Shown here one piece after another: positions 52,084 to 64,000 of a stretch of DNA of 64,000 bases. How positions within the stretch are numbered: the stretch's first letter is position 1; each line of letters starts with the position of its first letter. Both the position numbers and the translations under genes were made by a program. Where the stretch lies: assembly GCA_964247055.1 (NCBI GenBank), contig OZ176051.1, positions 8,060,001 through 8,124,000 on the forward strand, written 5' to 3'. The notes beneath the pieces were generated by a model. The model was given only the letters and a program-made list of their open reading frames with translations, did not search any database and was not told the origin of the DNA. This DNA comes from Paragordius varius. Taxonomy: Eukaryota > Animalia > Nematomorpha.

Positions 52084-52843
52084 CTATTTATTTAAAACAG
52101 TTTATATTACTTTATGATTGTATTTTAGTCGTAAACTCCAATGTTTAATTAAAAGTATTTTATTCTTTTCAAAATTTAATTTTGATTAAACATAAATAAC
52201 CGGTCCTGATTAAGAATGCAATCATTCAATGGAATTTGGAAGTATATGTATGCGTTGTAATTAAATATAAAATGGGATTCAGTCACATAAAAAGTGTCGA
52301 TAGACAATGAATAAACATGATGGCATTTCTACAAATTTTTAATATTACGAGATAAACAAGCGTTTAAAATTTTTAAAGAATGGACTCCAAACAGCTTAAA
52401 CGTAAACTTAAATAAGCAACTTGTTGGAATAATTACTTTAAAATTAGTTTTTACCGTAATTATATTAAAATATTTTAGAGTAGTTCTTGTATATAATAAC
52501 AATGGAAATATATAAATAATTTACTTTTTCATTTTCCAGAGTCATAATCTGTCTTTTTTCTCCACTTAAAGTAAAAAGATTCAGTTGACATTTTGATGTA
52601 TGGTTATATCTAATTATGATCTAAAATATATTGGATAAAATTTTTCAGTCAAAAGCAACGCTTATTCCTAAATACACATTGTTCAAATCATCACAGCATT
52701 TTAATTGAAACAATGTTGAGTTGGTAAAAAGTGTTGGTTTCGATTGAAAATGCTATATTATATTTAATTTTAAATTTAATACATTTATGCCTTTAGTGTT
52801 ATTAAAACATAACGAAATAGCTGAGACTATATTAACCGCGTTT

Positions 52844-52990
52844 GATATACCTTCAATCTATGTGTTAATATAAATTTATTCATAAAAATTTAATTTTAGT
52901 ATGATTCGCCTTTTCGCCCAATAAGTGATATACCTTCAATCTATGTGTTAATATAATTTTAATATGATTCGCCTTTTCGCCCAATAAGTG
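52844..52990. repeat. Local tandem duplication, about 83 bp plus a 63-bp copy with an internal deletion
   Basis: GATATACCTTCAATCTATGTGTTAATATAA ... TATGATTCGCCTTTTCGCCCAATAAGTG occurs twice in a row. Confidence 0.85.
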
Positions 52991-53065
52991 TCCGATTATT
53001 ATTTTTAGTAAATATATCAACCGTCTTCAAAAAATGTAAATATCTCAGATTTTGTTAATTTAAAT

Positions 53066-53716
53066 CAGGGCTAACCGCTTCAAAAAAAGTGGAACCGGAA
53101 CCGGGTCGGTTCTTGATCAAGTGGGACCGGAATCGCGTTGGTTCCTTAAAAATTTGCGGATCCGGAACCGGTTCCATTTTCGGTTCCTAACTTTTGATTA
53201 AATGATTTACAAATTTTTATTATAATAATAAAACCAAGATATTAACAATTATAAATCAAACAATTTATTTTAAATTGCCGAATGAATAGTAAAGAAATAT
53301 AGTGTAGCATTATAAATTAAACAAATTATAAATATATAATAGGAAAATGTATAAGTACAAAGGTAAGTTAAATTAAGTATGGCATTTAAAAAAAAATCTT
53401 TATTTAGATTTAAAAATTATTGCACCAAGCAAAATAGAAAATTAAGGGTGAAAAAGCTCCTTTCAATGGATTATGTATACGAACATATGTATTATAAATA
53501 AACTCGTCTTATGACTACAGGCGCTTAATTTTGGGTTTAAAGTTTTATGTAATATGTAGTGGTACAATCAAATTTAAATTATAAAATAATATTTTTATAA
53601 TAAAAATCATATGGAAGCCAGTAATTAAGGGGTTGAACCAGAACCGCGTTGGTTCCATTCCAATGGAACCGGTTCTTGTTAAAATCCCAGGAACCGGGTT
53701 CCGGTTCCAAGCCCTG
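53066..53716. mobile_element. hAT-type MITE with GGAACCGGTTCC subterminal arrays
   Basis: TIR CAGGGCT / AGCCCTG; flanks ATTTAAAT / GTTTAAAT (7/8). Confidence 0.75.
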
Positions 53717-54125
53717 GTTTAAATTAATTGATCGCTAAATATACTACTTCCTCATTATACTAGGGTAGCTAAAAAAACTATTTTAAAAAATGATATATTC
53801 ATTATTATCATCTATCTATTGGCAAAATTTATAAAAGATCTAATTTGGAGATAATTTGTTTGTTTTAATCTAAGAGAATGACAATACTAGTAGAAAAATG
53901 TAGAGTTACGGGATTTAATAAAGCATAAATCAGATACATAATACCTATTTACAATAAGTTTATATTATAGCCATTTTTAAATTGATATACGGTTTGCGTA
54001 ATAAAAGTGTGTGTGGTGTAGGGCTTTAATCAAATGACTTTGTTTTAATACTTTATAACCTTTTTTACTATTTTGAAAGTTATTTTGGTTAAAATTCTAA
54101 TTGTCGAACATTGTTCTCCTGTATT

Positions 54126-57100
54126 CAGTGGCGTACCGAGCATTTGCGGCGCCCGGGGCATAAAAATTTTATGGCGCCCCTCCCCCCTTTAAAAAACCAA
54201 TAAAACAATTTAGTAAAAAAATACAAACGTTGTAACCTAAACACCATAGATAGGACAGCCTAGTCATATAAATTTTAAATCTAATAAATATATATATTTA
54301 TATGATACTAAATTAATTCAATGGTACGAATTCGGTGAATAATAGATTATATATAAGCAGACGTCCCGCTTTTTAACACTTTGTCCCGCGTCCCGCTACG
54401 TTTTTAAAATGTCCCGCTTTTTCACGATTATCTAAAAAAAATTTTTTTTAATACGAATAAATTTTTTTTATCCGTTTTAAGTTTTCATTAAATATCTTTA
54501 AAATCTATTCAATTTTAAATTAAAATTTTTTATTTTTAAATCAAAAATATTTATTTTTTTCGAATTTATATCATAAAATTATACACTTTGATTCCTACTA
54601 CTACTGTCATCATTATCAAAAAGCCAAGTTAATACCACAATCTCTAGATTAAAAGACAAATTAATACCACAAATGGGTAGCTTATACGTTTATTTCAGAA
54701 AATTAAGGTAATATAATATTTACTATGCTAATATTTTAGTTTTATTACTTGCTAACATATCAAAAAGCCAAATTAATACCACAAATCGGTAGCTTAAAAA
54801 ACAAATTGATACCACAAATCGGTACCCTACACGTTTATTTCATATACTAATATTTTAGTTTTATTACTTGCCAACATTATTTTAAAGCCAAATTAATACC
54901 ACAAATCGGTAGCTTAAACGACAAATTGATACCACAAATCGGTACCTTACACGTTTATTCCAGAATAAGGTAATATAATATTTATTATACTAATAGTAGT
55001 TTATAAATATGAGCACAAAAAGAGGTTGTAAATTCAACGATAAATTAATGAAAGAATTTCCTTTTATCAAAACCAAGAATGAATCATTTGTTAAATGTTT
55101 TTTATCCGAAGGGGAATTCACCATAGAACATGGCGGCAAGCATGATATTACAAAGCATATGTAAACACAGAAAATAAAAAAATGTTTGGATATGGCGGCA
55201 TCATCTTACAAATTGAGCGATTTTTATCGAAAAACCGCTTTTGGAGAGGAAGAAAAGAATTTGGCATTAGCCGAAGGCGTTTTATCTTTTCACGCCGTTT
55301 ATCACAATCATTTCTTTAGATCTATGGATTTTACCTCACAAGTTATTCGCACGTTATTCAATAAAAAATTTTCATGTGCCCGTACAAAGGCTGAAGCCAT
55401 TGTATGCAATGTCCTTTCGCCACATGCATTATCTGAAATACAAAAAGATTTGCTGAAAAGTAATTTCTTATCCCTATACTCTGATGCATCAAATCACATG
55501 AAACAATATTATTTCCCGCTTTAATAAGATATTTTGATTTAAAAACCGGAGTAAAAATTAAAATTTTAGATTTAATTTCTCTACTCGGTAAAAATTCCGA
55601 AATAATATTTACTTCAATAATGCATATTCTAGAAAAAAATAATTTAAAAGACAAAATTATCGCATATTGCGCTGACAACACCAATACGAACTTTGGGGGA
55701 AAAGCAAGGAGGGAACAAAAAATATTTTTAATAAATTAACAGATAATCTTAATCAAAACATTATTGGCGTCGGGTGTGCAGCGCATATAATACACAACGT
55801 AGATGTGGAAAATGTAGTCGTTAAAATATATTCCTATTTTTATATATAAACGGTACGTGTTGAAACGCTTAAAGAATTCTGTGAAAATGCAGAAGTTCAA
55901 TATCAAAAAATGCTTGGATATTGTAAAACTCGTTGGTTAGCTTTTATGCCAGCTATCGAAAGAATTTAAAAATGTATGATCATTTAAAATCATTTTTTTG
56001 TCACAGTACAAATGTCCTACAACTTTAAAAAAGTTTTTTGAAAGTGATTCTTCAAAATCATGGTTAGAATTCTTACATAATCAAGCTTCTCTATTTCAAA
56101 ATATTATTAAATTTATAGAAGGTGACAAAATTTCGACAATCGAAGTAGCCAATGAAGTTAGTAACCTAAAATTCCAATGTCAAGAACGGTTAGATAATAA
56201 TTTGTGACCATTAACCATCCGCAATATAATAAATTATTTAGAAAAACAAGGCTTAATAAATCGCCAAGATATCCTGTACCATATAAAAATGTTTTATACA
56301 AACTGTAAAGATTATTTGGAAGACTGGACGACGCAAATCAATGAAATTGATTATTTTCATTGGATAACATTAAAATCAGAATTTAATTGATGCGATGTTC
56401 AAAAATCATTTGATTATATCTGCTCCCAAAAATTTTCAAAAAGTAATCTTTCAGAAAATGATCTTTTTTCTGAAGTATCATTAGTTAAAAGATATATTAA
56501 TAATGAAAAACTTAAATTATGACAAAATAAACACTAGAAAAGAACTGGTTCGAAATATTTTTGAAGCCAACTATATTACATACAATAATATTTTAAAAAT
56601 TGTAGAATTCGCACTATCTTTACCTGGAACCAACGCTGCTACTGAGCGCGTTTTTTCCACAGTAAATCTGGTGTGGACATCGGAAAAATCAATTTAAATG
56701 TTGAAACTTTAAAGGCCGTTTTATCTATCAAATATAATTTGACAAATTCTTGTGAAGACTTCTACAATATTTTAAAAAATGATGACAATCTGCTAAAACG
56801 CATTCACTCAAACAAAAAATATACCAAAAAATAAAATATTTTCTTAAAAGTTTTTGTGTTAAAAATAAACAAAACTACTTAAAATATTGTATAAGTCTTC
56901 ATAATTTGTTAAATTATATTTGAACACATAAAATGGCTTTTATTTAACATTTAAATTTGATTCCGTGTCCTTACTTAATTTACTGTGAAAAAAGACGTTC
57001 AATAGCAGTGGTTCAGGTAAGGATAATGCGAATTCTACAATTAAAATATTATTGTATGGAACATAATTTGTTTAAAAATGATTATTTTAACCATTTCTAT

Positions 57101-57986
57101 CCTACGTATTTTTTTCTTTTGTCCATAATATAAGTTTTCATTCAATATATTTATTTTATAATGAGACTTCATAAAAAAGTGTCATTATGCACCGTCTTTT
57201 CTTCCAAATAATCGTTTCTGTTTGTATAAAACATTTTTATATTCTGGCTATTCACTGAGCCTTGTTTTTCTGGATGCTTTATAATATTGCGATTAGGTAA
57301 TGGTATAAAATTATTTTCTAACATTTTTTGACTAATAGGATTCTAGGAGATCACATTTTTATAAATATTTCAATCGCTAGCAAAAGAGCAAATTAACAGT
57401 TGTACAATATCCAAGCATTTTAACATCTATATTTTCCACATCCAGGGGTAACAAATCAGTAGCTATTTGAATAACGTGTATCTGCCAATAATGTTTTGAT
57501 TAAGATTATTCACTAAATTGTTAAAAATATTTTTTGTGCCGCTTCTTGCATCACCCAGCGCACTTTGTGATGATTTCGTCTTTATTATTTTTTTTAGTAT
57601 ATTACAATCACTTCACCCTTTGTTCGTGCACATGTAAATTTATTGAATAAGTTACAAACAACCTATAAGGTACATTTTTTTTTATATTTATAATATATTT
57701 GTGTTAAAAATAAATAAATATCACGATAAATTTTTTGTATAAAAATTTTTAGTTGCACCCCCCCAATGACCCCCCCCCTCAGATTTGTCCCGCTTTTTCC
57801 TTTAAAAAATCTGGTCACCTTAAGTATATATTATAAGGATTATTACCTAAATTGCTAAAAAATTTCATTTGAAAGTTCTTATTATTTTTGCATAATTAAT
57901 TAATTTTAAAAAATCATTTAGGCGCCCCTAAATAACGGCGCCCGGGGCATGATGCACCCCCTTGCACCCCCCTCGGTACGCCCCTG
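54126..57986 (+). mobile_element. Composite hAT element, right arm (3861 bp), inverted copy of 44256..48119
   Basis: CAGTGGCGTACCGAG ... CTCGGTACGCCCCTG; nested element 54354..57822; identical ORF translations in both arms; only a few homopolymer indels and substitutions seen. Confidence 0.92.
55009..56834 (+). pseudogene. Disrupted hAT transposase (right arm)
   Basis: Same motifs and the same disabling lesions as the left arm (e.g. TAA after DITKHM). Confidence 0.88.
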
Positions 57987-58661
57987 CACACCATAAATTT
58001 AAGGAAACGTTTATAATAAAAACTTAAAACAAGAAATACAACAAATGAAATGGATATTATGAGAACATTTATGGATAAAAAAAATTTTTCAGGAAAAAAG
58101 AGCTAAAAAGTACCGAGAATACCCCCAAAAATTCGTATTCAATTAGGAAAAATTTCGAATTGCATTGCAGCAACCATCAAAACCTTTTGTGGAAAAAATA
58201 CATGGCTCTATGCATCAAAAACTATTTTTGAAAATTTTGGATTTCACTTTTTATTAATAATAGATAATTTTTATTATTTTACGAATATATGAAATATTTG
58301 AAAAATATTTATATTTTAATGATTTTAGTTAATTATGAGAGCATCAAAATACCCACAAAATATAGGCTTAGAATAGCTTTAATTTAAAACTTGGACCTTA
58401 TTTTAAAATCGGAAGAGCGCATGATAACCAACTGAGATGTCATATGATTACAAATTCTAGAAAACCAAAGACAATTTAAGGTATGATATAAACCAGGATA
58501 TAAAGTAAATAAAATTCATTGTTATTTATTGGTTAAAAAATTAAATTTAATAATATTGTTATATATGGTGTTTTGTTTTTACAATATAGATTTTTCGTAT
58601 AACAATAATAATTGTATATAATCTAAATATTATTAATTTTTTGTTTATGATTAATATCTAT

Positions 58662-58663
<2 letters not shown>

Positions 58664-58707
<44 letters not shown>
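58664..58707. repeat. (AT)n microsatellite
   Basis: About 22 AT units; shorter ones occur elsewhere (e.g. 36730, 59065, 62270, 63057). Confidence 0.9.
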
Positions 58708-58712
<5 letters not shown>

Positions 58713-59525
58713 ACATAATGTATGTTTAAAGCTTTAAAATTGTCACCTAAATTTTAAAACAATGATTGCGTAAAATTTAGAGATATATTACTGAAACCAG
58801 GGAAAAATTTGTATAGATATTTGATTACAATGATTATAGAAACATGGAATAAGTTTTAAAACTAAATATAATTATTGGTTGGAAAATTAATCACATTGTG
58901 TGTTTAGTTTATAAAAGTTGATATTTAAGATTTGGTTTGGTGTGAGATAAAATCAATCATATAGTTGTCGATTATGAATTAAATGAAAAATATATATACT
59001 ATACTATAATATTGTTAATAATTAATTAAGATGAGACATGTACAAAGGTCACTTTTTTTAATAATATATATATATATATATATATATATGCATCGCGAGA
59101 AATTTTGAATATTTTATCACCGAAAATAAAAAATATTGAATAGTTTTGAATGCACACAAGGTTAGGAATTGGTTTAAAATGAAATTTATATTAATATTAA
59201 AAAAGATTAAGTTGCTTAAATGTGTTGTGTGTGTGTGTGTTTGGGAGTAAAGACTGATCTACATACAAACGAGTTGTATTAAAAAACCAGAAAGACGGGT
59301 TCTTATTAAAAGTTCGTTTGACCAAATTTTTTACGATGTTAATAACAATAATAATAATACTGCTTTTAGTTTTGTATAAACTAAAAAATAAATTTATACC
59401 CAGATGGATCAATGGGAAGAATGATGCTTATTTTAATAATATATTCTCTAAAATTTAAGTACATATATATAACACATTTCCAGATGCCGAAATCTTAATC
59501 TATATCTATCTATCTATTCCTGGCA

Positions 59526-61538
59526 TCAATAATAAACGCGAGGATGTTTAAGCATAGTGTTAGCTGTTAGATTGTCATCGCTCTCCCCCAATGCAATTTC
59601 GGTCGGGAGTGGTTTAATCAAAAAGGAAAGAATGTCAGAAAGGGAAAGCATACCGACACATTTCCAATGTTCATCAACCACAACGAGCCTGTGAACACCG
59701 GCTTTAACAATTCTAATATTTTAATTATATGAGTCTTATATGCTAAGTATAAGTATATTGATATATAAATATATATAATTTTATTAATGGGAGTAAGTAC
59801 TTTATGTAATCTACATTAATCATATAAAATCGGTTACATTTGACTAAAAGTAATTACAAACAAATAGTTATATCCATAGTTAAAGTCATGTATTCTCAAA
59901 ACATTATTAGGAATATATTATGGGGTTTAGAACTATCCGAAAATACCATTATTTCAATCATAAAAATTTTATAGTTTAGTTCAGTGCCACGCTTTTTTCG
60001 GCACGCAAAAGTCCTTTCAAAGTGTTAAAAAATTGGATTTACGATTATTTAAAAGATATATCTTCCAAAATTGGACTTAAAATAACCCAAAATTGGTTAA
60101 ACTTAAACTCACCTATCTATGACAGCCCCCAATTTTTCTCCTTTCTGGCAACTATGGACCTCTTCTATGATATGGGATCTGTATCCAAGAGCCTCCCGGA
60201 CTGACACATCCAATTGACGATATGAACGTTCCGCGGCCAAATTTATCACATCAAACTAAGGTAGAAAGTAATGATAAGAAATTGTTTAAAAAATCTAACA
60301 AAATCGCAAATAATATTCCATTTACAGTTCAAATTCACCATTAAATTAGTCAAATTCACCCTTAAACTATTTAAATTCACCCTTAATCCAAATTCACCCT
60401 AAACGAAATTAATTTTTAAGATTAAAAATTACCTATATTTTTTATATTTAACAAAAAATAAAATTACGTGTAAATTTAACATAATACTGAAATACAATAA
60501 ACTATGCCATAAGACAATATATTTTAATTAAATGATGAGTTATATTAACCCGAAAACACATAATTTATTTTTAGGGTTAATTTGAATTGTTCAAGGGCGA
60601 ATTTAGATTGTAAATGGTATAAATAAATAATTTTATAAAACAAACTTTTGCGTAAACATCGATAACGCGATTGTCCGAATGTTTAAGTACTGGAAGCGCA
60701 GATATACGTTTTTCTGCAAACAAATCTAATGCATGACCGATCGGGGTGTCTTCATAAACAGTTTGAACATTTTCATATGTACCTACCAACAAATATATTG
60801 AAAAATGAAAAAATGTCCTTTATAATTTTTAATTAATATTATTTTTATTTATATCCGTAAAACAGATAAATAATGTAAATTTTTAAATTTTTTGTTAACT
60901 TCCTAAAAAAATACAACATAGTCAATCAAGCATCAAAAGAACAAATGGTTAAAAAACTTTTTTTATTTTAAAAAATATTAAATGTATCATATCAATGTCA
61001 TTAATAAATAGTGTTATACCAATATCAAGTTCCTCCAAAGTTTTATCCATAAACTTTGGCCGGGGCGTAAGATCATCCATGTACAAGCAAAGGAATCGTA
61101 AGATACGCTTATGCGTTAGAATGTATAATGCATTACCCGTCATTGGATCAACTACGGGTAATCGATGTACCCTGTTTTTAACCAAAAGACGGGCCGCCCT
61201 CAGTAGATTAACGCGCGGATCAACCCATAAAAATGGTCTGCAATGTTCACGAAGGAATTCGTCTCGCCACGTTTGAATTTTATGTTCTTCCAAATTATCT
61301 ACCGTTATAACCGGATTCAGATTCAAGGGTGGTGGTACAGTTTTAGCTGGATTATCTGATGGCTCATTCGTATAGGTTGACGTTTCTGTTTTTAAAGCAG
61401 AATGATGGTTATGGATATTATTTTTGGAAGAAATGGTGTTGTGGTCATTTGATTTTGTATTTGCAAAATTCGTGATATTGGTATCCCCTGAGATTTGAGC
61501 GTCATGCGTGTTTTGATTATTATTTTCTGTTTGTTTTT
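59526..61538 (-). CDS. PRKAG: AMP-activated protein kinase gamma subunit, 3' exons (5' part not located)
   Basis: Exon 61538..61020 LEEHKIQTWR...RVHRLPVVDPMTGNALYILTHKRILRFL; exon about 60785..60646 GTYENV...RISALPV...VIDVYAK; exon 60255 to about 60113 FDVINLAAERSYRQLDVSV; last exon VHRLVVVDE...GMLSLSDIL to the TGA at 59526. Confidence 0.92.
60316..60619 (-). mobile_element. MITE family H copy in PRKAG intron
   Basis: TTCCATTTACAG / TGTAAATGGTA ends; homologous to 18155..18395; extra AAATTCACCC repeats. Confidence 0.7.
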
Positions 61539-62265
61539 CTGTCCGACATTTAGATAAAATATAAATTTATGATTGTTTGTAAAAGAAATGTTTTTGCACA
61601 ATAACAGGAATATATTTAATTCTAAGGCAAATAATCTTCTTGGCAACGGATTCATATCAATAAAAATAGATTAAATTTCAATATAATTTTATCTAAAAAC
61701 GCCTATAGTATATAGTGGAGTAATTAAAACCTGTAAGTTAATGTCTAAAGACTTAAACGTCATTTTAATCAAAACTTATAAATTTCGCCTAATATCATTA
61801 TTTTATATATATGTATGTGAAACAATATATCAAAACTATTTCATAAGTTATAAACACAATGTAAGTTTTGAGCAAAGTAGGCATAATAAGTTAAAATATC
61901 ATTAGTATCGATTTTTTGTAATTTTATTTTCTTATTATATAACAATGAGCACTATAAGTGTTATGAAAAACAATTTCTAAAAATTCTTTTGTCTAAATGG
62001 TATATCGAATCAAATATATATAAATTATTTTTGAAAAATAGATTTTGCTTCATAAATACTTTCTCGCAATGAATATATAATGGGTTAATTAAAATATTCA
62101 ATTATTCAATATGATATTTTAATATCCCAAAAACTGCATATCTAAAGCTCAAATTTTGACACTAATTATCATAAATATTTTAATGGTAAGGGAGGAGAAA
62201 ACGAGACAATTTCTATATTGTCTATTCTAAATATAGAATTTTATACCGTATTGTCGTTCTCGTCG

Positions 62266-62298
<33 letters not shown>

Positions 62299-64000
62299 AA
62301 AAAATATGACAAAATAAATTTAAATCACCCTATTTATGAGTGTGATATGTAATATTTTTAGCGCGCTTGTTGTTGTTTTTTGAAACCCAAAAATTTTACA
62401 CCAATATGTCAATTAAGGATAGATAGATAGATGCCCTGGGCTAAAACAGAAATTAATATATTAGTAATATATGGATTAATTATTTCAATCAGTATAGGCA
62501 TGTACATGATAAGTGTGAAATTTTGTACAAAGTATTTATAAAACATTTTATAATTATTTAAAAATTAAACTATAAATTTTTGCAATATTTTAGGCAAAAA
62601 AAATTAGATTGTAAAATAAATCAGCAGCATTTTCGATAGGATTTTCAGGCCTTAAATAATAAAAATTAGAAGTAAGAAGCGATTAATTTAAAACTGATGA
62701 ATATTCTAAACTTTTGAGCGTAAGATTAAGTTTTGACCGGTAAAAATAACCGATCGAGTCTGACTGATTACAAAACAAATTATTCAAACAAATAATATTC
62801 GGTAATTATAAATATTTATATAAGAGTGACTTTAAATTATAAAATTATTGCTTTAAACTGTACCTGAGCGTACAATGAAATAATTATAAATGCGCTAAAT
62901 TTAATTTTGAACCCATTTTTCAATATATTATTATGACATGATTCACAACCGGTTAGACCCAAATTGTGTAAATAAAATTTTCTAATCAAATATATGAGTT
63001 CTAAACGACAATATTTGCGCTATTAGTTATCTGATATTTACAAAAACAAAAATCTTATATATATATATATATATATATATGAATTTAGCTGATGACACAA
63101 TAATATATTTTCAATATTGATATTTTGTTAAAATCCCTAATAAAATTTATGTTAATTAGTTGTACTCTAAATAAATAAATGCGTTTTAGCCACTTTGTTT
63201 CAACTATACAAAATATTTGTTGTATGACTAAAATATGATTACTATTCTTACATAGCCGACTCAAAAGAGCCATCAATTTTTTTATCTAAACAAATTTTAA
63301 AGTTTACTGTTGTAATTTAAGATATGATAATTATTTAAAAAGAAAACGGTTAGAAGCTTAAATTATTAATAAATTCATTAATTAGGTGAATGTCTAATTG
63401 ATGAATTGGAATAATTTTTATTAATAATCAACAACTTGAGCTTTTTCACAAAGTCCATAGATTGCCAACCATATAACCTTTATGGCAGACTAAAAGGCGG
63501 CGCAAAATATAAAACAGTGTATTATGGAAAAAAAATTACGTGACCAATTTAAGTAGTATGGCTAATTTTAACAGCACTTATAACAAGGTACATGACGACA
63601 TTTATAAATTAATAGTCTTACTACGGAAAAAAATTCCTAACCATATATTTAATTTGTGACAATTCAAATGACTAATGTAACTAACTCCTCATGATATGCC
63701 TGTTTATAGTAGATAACAGTCGCCACAATTCTTGAGGCGGGCATTTATATATATAAAAAAATGCTAATACAAAAATCGATATTCAAATTTAACTATAACT
63801 GAGAACTGTTAATATAACAGAGGAGAAGTATTCTTATCTTAGTTTTACAAGATAATTGGTTAAAATGAGTTCAAAAGTTCACAAGTTAAATTTTTACCAA
63901 TTAAGCTTCAAAATTGGTCGGTAACACACACAAAGTTTAAAACCGTAAAAAAGATAGGTCATCATCTGATTTGTACAAAAGATTAAAATATACTGAAAAC

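Noticed and set aside
52900-52990. TTCGCCTTTT as U5 snRNA loop 1
   Set aside because: The invariant GCCUUUUAC is broken (GCCTTTTCG), no flanking stem forms and no Sm site is evident.
60995-61276. 93-aa + strand ORF
   Set aside because: Antisense to the conserved PRKAG exon. 60022..60204 is likewise antisense to a PRKAG exon.
61392-61655. 87-aa ORF as the AMPK gamma N-terminus
   Set aside because: It is in a different frame from the conserved exon and has no CBS similarity.

Overview
Very AT-rich (roughly 25% GC by eye) eukaryotic DNA from a compact animal genome using the standard code. The mix of 22-35 nt introns and MITE-expanded introns suggests a reduced invertebrate such as an orthonectid or dicyemid; this is inference, not confirmed. 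Genes in order: kanadaptin/SLC4A1AP (-); an intronless class A GPCR (+); a ~26 kb Cad87A/CDH23-like cadherin (-); a poorly resolved orphan gene (+); then a 13.7 kb structure; then the 3' part of an AMPK gamma subunit gene (-). The 13.7 kb structure has two near-identical 3.86 kb composite hAT elements in inverted orientation flanking a 6 kb segment that carries mitochondrial ribosome recycling factor (MRRF) and orphan genes. The two 8-bp target-site duplications are swapped between these arms, and a MITE cut by one insertion has its second half inverted 10 kb away. This indicates the 6 kb gene segment was inverted through the transposons, or was mis-oriented in assembly. Introns carry at least seven MITE families (hAT-, piggyBac- and Tc1/mariner-type ends). 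No rRNA, tRNA or CRISPR array was found. Exon structures were read by hand and family assignments come from recalled motifs; no database search was run.
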